DNA from: a virus | Length of the DNA stretch: 59,446 bases | Strand: one strand, 5' to 3' | Virus record (IMG/VR): IMGVR_UViG_3300037470_000624 | Location: 1 to 59,446 of that record | In this document: in pieces, positions 23,127-28,829 of the stretch | Layout of the letters: each line of letters starts with the position of its first letter | Numbering within the stretch: position 1 is the first letter of the stretch | Program-made: the position numbers and the translations under genes | Notes under the pieces: model-generated | Told to the model about the DNA's origin: nothing | Seen by the model: only the letters and a program-made list of their open reading frames with translations | Databases searched by the model: none

Positions 23127-24941
23127 CTACGACGGGGAGGAGACGTCGCACAGGATCTCAGCCGGCGAGCCGGTGACACCGGACGGGCACAGCGGGACGC
23201 GGACCGCGCGGGAGTCGTGGCCCCGCATGATGACGTTCATGCCCTCCTCGGTGAACAGGGCGTTGTACCTGTTCGTGGCCAGGTTCGGGAAGTCGTAGAT
23301 GCCGGTGTCCAGGGTGATGACGTCCAGCTCACCGACGACGAACGTGCCCGCCGCGTAGATGACGAACTCGACCTCATCCGGCCACTCCGTGATGGGGGTC
23401 GCCTCGCCCATCTCCGCGCCGCCGGTGAGCGAATCCTGATAGTCGTACACGTATTGGATGTTTACGTTCGGAATGCGCAGTTTGGCCTTGATCTGCTCAT
23501 CCGTGAGCTGGGTGAACCGCTCATCCCCGCCCCGGTTGATCAGGTCCGAGCGCATGACGCCGATGATCCACTCCGGGAGGATGACCTCCAGCGTCGCGGT
23601 CGGCTCCATGCGGTGCCGGGTGCGGTAGTCCCGCGCCTGCTGGTCCAGCGCCTCCACCAGCGCGGCGAACGCGCCCAGGGTGAGGAACCGGGCCATGACG
23701 GTGTAGTCCACGACCGTCGACGCCGCCACGATCTTCGCGATCTTGGACGCGTTGACCTTGTGCACGTGCGCCACCAGCGTGCCCCGCAGGTACCGGGCGA
23801 TGAACTCCGGGTAAGCCCGGTTCATGAGAATGCCCGCGTTGATACACACGCCGAACAGGTCGAGGCGCACCTCGTCGAAGTCCGGGCACGGGACTTCGAA
23901 ACACGTCTTCTCGACGCCCTCGATGGCCTGCGCCTCGGTCTGGGTGAAACCGACGTTCGTGTAGATCGAGGAGAACAGCGGGCCCTGGGAGAACTCCAGG
24001 CCGCCGCGCGGGAGCTGCATGGCCGGCGCCGACAGCATTCCCGCGCGGGTCTCGATCTCGAAGACGTCGTAGATCGTCTCCGACGGGGCGCACCATCCGC
24101 CCGCGGCGACCAGCGACCCCTGCGGCAGGCGCGCCTCCGACGCGGCGTACTCCAGCATGGCGATGGCGGCGGCCTTGGACGTGCCGGCGCTGGCGGTCAG
24201 CTCCTCCGGGAACGTCTTCTGGATCGTGGCCAGCCCGTACTGGACGTGACGGCTGCCGGTCCACTTGCCCGCGGGGATACCGCGGAGCTTGCGGATCAGC
24301 GCCTCCCCCACCTCGTCCATGGACACGAACGAGTGTCCGGCCGGGACGGTGCCGACGTCGGCCGCGGCGATCATGACGCCCTCCGGCAGCGGCCCGTCCC
24401 CGCGCGCCTGGGTGGGCTTGAGCGGGGTGGAGCGCAGCTTGGACAGGTCGACCGGGGTGCGTCGGGTGATGCCGGCCGCCGAGGCGGCGATCGGCGTCGG
24501 GGTGGCGTCGGTCGCGGCCGGGGCGGCGTCGGTCGCGGTCGAGCCGTCCGCGCCGGCGTCGGTGCCGGTGCCGGTGTCGCCGGTGTCGGTCGAGCCGTCC
24601 CCGGCGTCGGTGCCGGCGCCGGCGTCGGTGTCGGTGTCGGCCGTCGCGGTGCCCGTGCCCAGCCGCGCCGACATGGCGGCCAGCTTGGCCGTCTTCTCCT
24701 CCGCGGCGGCGGCCAGCGCGGTCTCCGCCTCGCCCGCCTTCTCCCCGACGGCGACAAGCTGCTCGGCCGCGTCCAGGTCAGCGTCGGTGAGCGCGGGCTG
24801 CGCCTCGATCGTGGCGAACGCCGTCGCAGCCTCGGTGCGGATCGTCGCCAGGTGCTCGGCCGAGCACTTCGCCAGCAGGGCCTGCCCGGCCTCCGCCGAC
24901 TCGGCAAACGCGTTCAGAATGTCCTGGAGCGTGGGGTTCAT
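23127..24941 (-). CDS. Major capsid protein (HK97-like) with N-terminal scaffold/delta-like coiled coil and a Thr/Asp/Gly-rich linker (604 aa)
   Basis: Position after the protease. Has late signal L4 and a terminator. Helical N-terminus of ~95 aa, a low-complexity linker, then a ~450-aa globular part. Confidence 0.75.
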   Translation of the reverse strand: MNPTLQDILNAFAESAEAGQALLAKCSAEHLATIRTEAATAFATIEAQPALTDADLDAAEQLVAVGEKAGEAETALAAAAEEKTAKLAAMSARLGTGTATADTDTDAGAGTDAGDGSTDTGDTGTGTDAGADGSTATDAAPAATDATPTPIAASAAGITRRTPVDLSKLRSTPLKPTQARGDGPLPEGVMIAAADVGTVPAGHSFVSMDEVGEALIRKLRGIPAGKWTGSRHVQYGLATIQKTFPEELTASAGTSKAAAIAMLEYAASEARLPQGSLVAAGGWCAPSETIYDVFEIETRAGMLSAPAMQLPRGGLEFSQGPLFSSIYTNVGFTQTEAQAIEGVEKTCFEVPCPDFDEVRLDLFGVCINAGILMNRAYPEFIARYLRGTLVAHVHKVNASKIAKIVAASTVVDYTVMARFLTLGAFAALVEALDQQARDYRTRHRMEPTATLEVILPEWIIGVMRSDLINRGGDERFTQLTDEQIKAKLRIPNVNIQYVYDYQDSLTGGAEMGEATPITEWPDEVEFVIYAAGTFVVGELDVITLDTGIYDFPNLATNRYNALFTEEGMNVIMRGHDSRAVRVPLCPSGVTGSPAEILCDVSSPS

Positions 24942-24971
24942 AGCGGGCGCCTTCCTGCGCGTGTCCCAGAA

Positions 24972-25009
24972 CCCGGCCCACAGCCAGCGGTCTATCCGTC
25001 GACAGCCTA
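24972..25009 (-). promoter_or_regulatory. Late-type signal L4 (TAGGCT + CCGCTGGCTGTGGGCCGGG)
   Basis: Exact 19-mer, 30 nt before ATG 24941. Lies in the divergent gap shared with the plus-strand cassette. Confidence 0.55.
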
Positions 25010-25042
25010 GCGCGTCGTCCGCCGGACTCCACGAGGATCACC

Positions 25043-25720
25043 GTGCAGAGTGTGCCCATGGGAACCACGGAGCATGAATTCCTCGGCGGGCTGGCAGGTA
25101 AGACAGTTGCGCTCGTCGGGTCGGCGGCCTCCGCGACCGGCACCGGTCTCGGCTACCAGATCGAGGCGCACGACGTCGTGTGCCGGGTGAACTGGTCCTG
25201 TCCGGTACCGCGGCGAATGGAACGCGACATCGGGACGCGGACCGACGTGCTGTATCACATCCTGACGCCGACCGGTCGGCTCCGAGCAGGGGTGCCAGCG
25301 TGGCGGAGGGCCCGCGTCGGCATGGTGGTGTCCGTCCACGCCTCCGACCGGCCCCGGGTGCGCCGTTACAAGCTGCTCGCCGGGGCCGGGGGGCCGCCGC
25401 TGCTGGTGCTGGAGAACCACCGACGCGAGATGTACGACCGGCTCGGCACCAAGGCCAACACCGGCGTGCTCGCGCTCGCGCACCTGCTCCAGTCCGGTTT
25501 GGAGCGTCTGACGGTGTACGGATTCGACATGTTCGCCACCGGTCACTGGCTCGGGCAGCTCGGCGAGTCCCCCACCGCGGCCGCGCGGCAGGCCGGCATC
25601 GTGACCGGCCACGACCAGCCGATCCAACGCGCCTACCTCGCCGGTCTGCTGCGCGACGAGCCCCGCCTGTTCGTGACCCGCGAGTTCCGCGCCTCGATCG
25701 AGCGAGAGGCCCGGGTGTGA
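25043..25720 (+). CDS. Sialyltransferase-fold (GT29/GT42-like) glycosyltransferase paralog 1
   Basis: GKTVALVGSAAS..GYQIEAHDVVCRVNW..DIGTRTDVLYH (motif L-like). ANTGVLALAHLL..LTVYGFD (motif S-like). GAGGA SD before the GTG. Confidence 0.65.
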   Translation: MQSVPMGTTEHEFLGGLAGKTVALVGSAASATGTGLGYQIEAHDVVCRVNWSCPVPRRMERDIGTRTDVLYHILTPTGRLRAGVPAWRRARVGMVVSVHASDRPRVRRYKLLAGAGGPPLLVLENHRREMYDRLGTKANTGVLALAHLLQSGLERLTVYGFDMFATGHWLGQLGESPTAAARQAGIVTGHDQPIQRAYLAGLLRDEPRLFVTREFRASIEREARV

Positions 25721-26400
25721 GGGACCAGGGTTGGCTGCGGTCTCTCAAGGGCAAGCGGGTAGCGCTGGTGGGCGCCGCGGCGTCCGGGGTGGGTACCAAG
25801 CTCGGCGCCCAGATAGACGCCCACGACGTCGTTGTCCGGGTGAACTGGGCCTGCCCTGTGCCGGCGCCGCTGCGGGCCCACCTCGGCAGGCGGACCGACA
25901 CGCTGTACCACGTGATGCGGTACGGCAAGGCCGAGACGGTGGGCCGGAAGACGTTCCGGGCGTGGAAAGGGGCAGGGGTGAGCCTGCTGGTGTGCATGGC
26001 GTCGATGTCCAAGCCCCGAGCGCGGATCGCGAAGACCCTCGCCGCGGAGTTCCGGATCCCGTTCCTGTGCGTCGCGCCGCTGCGGTCCCAGGTGTCCAGG
26101 GCGACCGGGACCGGCGCCAACACCGGTATCTGCGCGCTGGCGCACATGATGCGGTCCGACCTGGCCCAGTTGAGCGTGTACGCGTTCGACTTCTACGAGA
26201 CCGGTCATTGGTTGGGGCAGGCCAATGAGACGCCGGCGCAGGCCGCCGCGCAGGCCGGTATCGACCTGGGCCACGGCCAGATGCAACAACGCGTCTGGGT
26301 GCGGGACCTCGCCCGGTCCGACCCTCGCCTCGTACTGCTGCCTGAGATTCGGGACATGCTGGAGCAGAACAGGAGCCGGTGGTGGATGTCGTCTACGTAG
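25717..26400 (+). CDS. Sialyltransferase-fold (GT29/GT42-like) glycosyltransferase paralog 2
   Basis: GKRVALVGAAAS..GAQIDAHDVVVRVNW..GRRTDTLYH. ANTGICALAHMM..LSVYAFD. GTGA overlap with paralog 1. Confidence 0.65.
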   Translation: MRDQGWLRSLKGKRVALVGAAASGVGTKLGAQIDAHDVVVRVNWACPVPAPLRAHLGRRTDTLYHVMRYGKAETVGRKTFRAWKGAGVSLLVCMASMSKPRARIAKTLAAEFRIPFLCVAPLRSQVSRATGTGANTGICALAHMMRSDLAQLSVYAFDFYETGHWLGQANETPAQAAAQAGIDLGHGQMQQRVWVRDLARSDPRLVLLPEIRDMLEQNRSRWWMSST

Positions 26401-27137
26401 TGCGCCCAGGGGATGTGAATGAGGAGCTGCGGTACAGCCTGCGCAGCCTGGTGAACCTGCCCCACGATCAGGTGTGGATCGTCGGCTACCGGCCGCAGTG
26501 GGTGCGCGGGGTGCAGCACATCCCGCTGCGGCAGCTCGGGCCGAAGTGGACGAACAGCACGGCGAACCTGCGCCGCGCCTGCGCGCACCCGGGTGTGTCC
26601 GAGCGGTTCGCCTACTTCAATGACGACTTTTTCCTGCTCCAGCCCCTCGGCGACGACCTGCCCATGTGGAACCGGGGCCCCCTCGGCGACGTGCTCGCCC
26701 GGTACGCGAAGTCGAACTCCCGGTATGCCGACGGGATGCGGAAGACCGCGAAGCTGCTGCGTGACCTGGGCCTGCCCGGGCCGTACCTGTCCTACGAGCT
26801 CCACGCGCCGATGCCTGTGCAGAAACTCGGGATGCTCGAAGCGTTGGCGGCGGCGGAGGCCCGGCCGGTCCAGGGCGTGCTGCACAAGCGGACCCTGTAC
26901 GGGAACTACTGGGGGTTGGGCGGGCTGTCGATGCCGGACGGGAAGCTGCACGGCCTGCGTGACCGGTACCCGGCCGGGGCGTTGTGGACCTCCACGACCG
27001 ACGGCCTGTTCCGCCGCGGCCTGGTGGGGCGTCAGTTGCGCGCTGCGTTCCCCGAGCCGTCGCCGTACGAGCTGACCCTCGGCAGTCCCGGAACGGCCCG
27101 CACGCGCGCGCACAGCCTGGTGCGCCGCGGTAGGTAG
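26379..27137 (+). CDS. Stealth-like (hexose-1-phosphate transferase family) protein
   Basis: VDVVYVVRPGD (CR1-like), FAYFNDDFFLLQP (CR2-like), YELHAPMP (CR3-like). AGGAG SD. 22-nt overlap with paralog 2. Confidence 0.55.
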   Translation: MVDVVYVVRPGDVNEELRYSLRSLVNLPHDQVWIVGYRPQWVRGVQHIPLRQLGPKWTNSTANLRRACAHPGVSERFAYFNDDFFLLQPLGDDLPMWNRGPLGDVLARYAKSNSRYADGMRKTAKLLRDLGLPGPYLSYELHAPMPVQKLGMLEALAAAEARPVQGVLHKRTLYGNYWGLGGLSMPDGKLHGLRDRYPAGALWTSTTDGLFRRGLVGRQLRAAFPEPSPYELTLGSPGTARTRAHSLVRRGR

Positions 27138-27152
27138 CCCGGACGTGACAGT

Positions 27153-27176
27153 GCCCCCGCCCGTCGGGGCGGGGGC
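27153..27176. terminator. Bidirectional hairpin between convergent genes
   Basis: gcccccgccc / gtcg / gggcgggggc (10 bp) between stop 27137 (+) and stop 27192 (-). Confidence 0.7.
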
Positions 27177-27191
27177 GCTGCGGCCGGGTGG

Positions 27192-28106
27192 TCAGTCGTG
27201 TGCGGTGTACGGGTGGCCGATGATCGGGCCCGGGCCGGTGGGCACGTCGGCGTTGTGCGGGTACTTGCAGTCGTCGCGGACGGTGTGGACGCGCGACCCG
27301 TGGTCGAGGTTTTCGCACCGCACCGGGTTGGGCAGCATGGCCGCCAGCTCCTCGTTGGCCCGGTTGCGCGCGATGCGTCGGACGGCGGGGGCGTTGCGGC
27401 GGTGCTCGGGGAACTTCCACACCGCGGCGAGGTAGGCCTTGTCCCAGATTGCCGCCTCCAGCGCGCTGGGGTCGACGGGGGTCTGCTCGGCCGCCTGCTT
27501 CTCGGCCGCGGTATGGGCCAGGTCCAGGCGCGTGGTGTCGCCCATGATGTTGAGCCGCGACGTGATGTCGCGGGCGGTGAGCTTGCGTTGGGTCCGGGCT
27601 GAGTAGCTGCGCATGAACATGCCGGACAGGCGACCTCCGCGGGAGTTGTCGCCGATCGTGAGCCACACCATGAGGATGTCGCCGAACTTGTCGGTGAACG
27701 TGGCGCTGTGGATGGTGTAGGTGCTCACGGCCTTGAACGTTTCGGCGTCGTGGACCTCGACCTTGACGCCGTTGTCGCGGGCCCGGTCGACGAGGCGCTG
27801 GAGCTTGGCGGGGGTGGCGGGGGCGGCGGGGGCCTGCTGGGTGGGGGTCTCGGTCATCGTGCGCTCCGGGGTGTCAGCCGGGGCGTCAGCGGCGGGGGCG
27901 GTGCGCGCCCAGAGCTTCGCCGAAGGGGTGAAGATCGCGACCTGGTTGCCGGTGGTGGCCGCGAAGAGGCGGACTGCCTGCCCGCTGTACTCGGCGCGGA
28001 CCTGCATGCCCGTGTCGGAGGGGCGGGTGCCGCGTCCGAAGAATGTGAAGGTGTCCGGGCGTCCGTGCCCCTTGAATGTTGCGTTGGTGGGTGTGGTCTC
28101 GGTCAT
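27192..28106 (-). CDS. Hypothetical protein (304 aa), insulated unit with early-type promoter
   Basis: ATG 28104-28106 after GAGGAG. Promoter E2 upstream and terminator downstream. Confidence 0.65.
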   Translation of the reverse strand: MTETTPTNATFKGHGRPDTFTFFGRGTRPSDTGMQVRAEYSGQAVRLFAATTGNQVAIFTPSAKLWARTAPAADAPADTPERTMTETPTQQAPAAPATPAKLQRLVDRARDNGVKVEVHDAETFKAVSTYTIHSATFTDKFGDILMVWLTIGDNSRGGRLSGMFMRSYSARTQRKLTARDITSRLNIMGDTTRLDLAHTAAEKQAAEQTPVDPSALEAAIWDKAYLAAVWKFPEHRRNAPAVRRIARNRANEELAAMLPNPVRCENLDHGSRVHTVRDDCKYPHNADVPTGPGPIIGHPYTAHD

Positions 28107-28142
28107 CGCGGGCTCCTCGGTGTGTCGCTTCCTGACACACAG

Positions 28143-28186
28143 ACAGTACCTCACCCCGACCCACGCTGTACAGGTTTCCGACACAG
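28143..28186 (-). promoter_or_regulatory. Early-type promoter E2 (-35 TGTACA, 18 nt, -10 TACTGT) with leader inverted repeat GTGTGTC-N7-GACACAC (28120..28140)
   Basis: The ~85-bp block 28107..28190 is nearly identical to 28476..28563. Confidence 0.5.
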
Positions 28187-28210
28187 TGACTTCCGCGGGA
28201 GACACCACGA

Positions 28211-28239
28211 GGCCCCCCGCCCAGGTCGGGCGGGGGGCC
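28211..28239 (-). terminator. Hairpin after 28269..28475
   Basis: ggccccccgccc / aggtc / gggcggggggcc (12 bp). Confidence 0.7.
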
Positions 28240-28268
28240 TGCGCGCTGGACCGCGGGCGGCCGGGGGG

Positions 28269-28475
28269 TCACCAGTCGGTGCGGTCGAGGTGCGCCTGTG
28301 CGTACCGGATGGCGCGGGCCTTGTGGCCGTTGCGGATGCCGAAGGGGGCCGACACGAGTGCCTGGCCGAACGGGCCGCCCGTGACCTCGGCGGTCCACTC
28401 GTCGCCCTCGGGCCGGTAGGTGACGCGGGCCTGCACGCCGGTGTCCTCGTTGGTCTCCCACTGGCCTTCGGTCAT
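28269..28475 (-). CDS. Hypothetical protein (68 aa), insulated unit with early-type promoter
   Basis: ATG after GGAGGAG. Promoter E3 upstream and hairpin downstream. Confidence 0.6.
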   Translation of the reverse strand: MTEGQWETNEDTGVQARVTYRPEGDEWTAEVTGGPFGQALVSAPFGIRNGHKARAIRYAQAHLDRTDW

Positions 28476-28515
28476 CGGGGGCTCCTCCGTCGGTGTGTCG
28501 TTTCCTGACACACCG

Positions 28516-28559
28516 ACCGTACCTCACCCCGACCCGCGCTGTACAGGTTTCCGACACAG
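28516..28559 (-). promoter_or_regulatory. Early-type promoter E3 (-35 TGTACA, 18 nt, -10 TACGGT) with leader inverted repeat GGTGTGTC-N7-GACACACC (28492..28514)
   Basis: Direct-repeat copy of the E2 block. Confidence 0.5.
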
Positions 28560-28579
28560 TGATCGCGTGGGCATGGAAC

Positions 28580-28611
28580 GGCCCCCCTCGCCTGCTGGAA
28601 CGAGGGGGGCC
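28580..28611 (-). terminator. Hairpin after 28640..28816
   Basis: ggcccccctcg / 10-nt loop / cgaggggggcc (11 bp). Confidence 0.65.
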
Positions 28612-28639
28612 GTCTACCCCGACAACACCTGTCGACTAC

Positions 28640-28816
28640 CTACCCAGAGGTGAGCTTAACGCCTCCAGGCTTCAGTTTCATCGCCGTACGAGCCTCCACC
28701 TGGCTCAAGTAGTTGCGCGTCAGCGGCGCCTTACCCGTCGCCGGATCCATGTGACCCGGCCAGGAGACCGTGATCCGCGCCTTCTTCGACGCCCTGTTCC
28801 GGTTGCATCCACACAC
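28640..28816 (-). CDS. Small hypothetical protein (58 aa) starting V-C-G-C
   Basis: GTG 7 nt after GGAGGG. Directly follows the MuF/protease gene. Confidence 0.5.
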   Translation of the reverse strand: MCGCNRNRASKKARITVSWPGHMDPATGKAPLTRNYLSQVEARTAMKLKPGGVKLTSG

Positions 28817-28829
28817 GAGGGTTCCCTCC

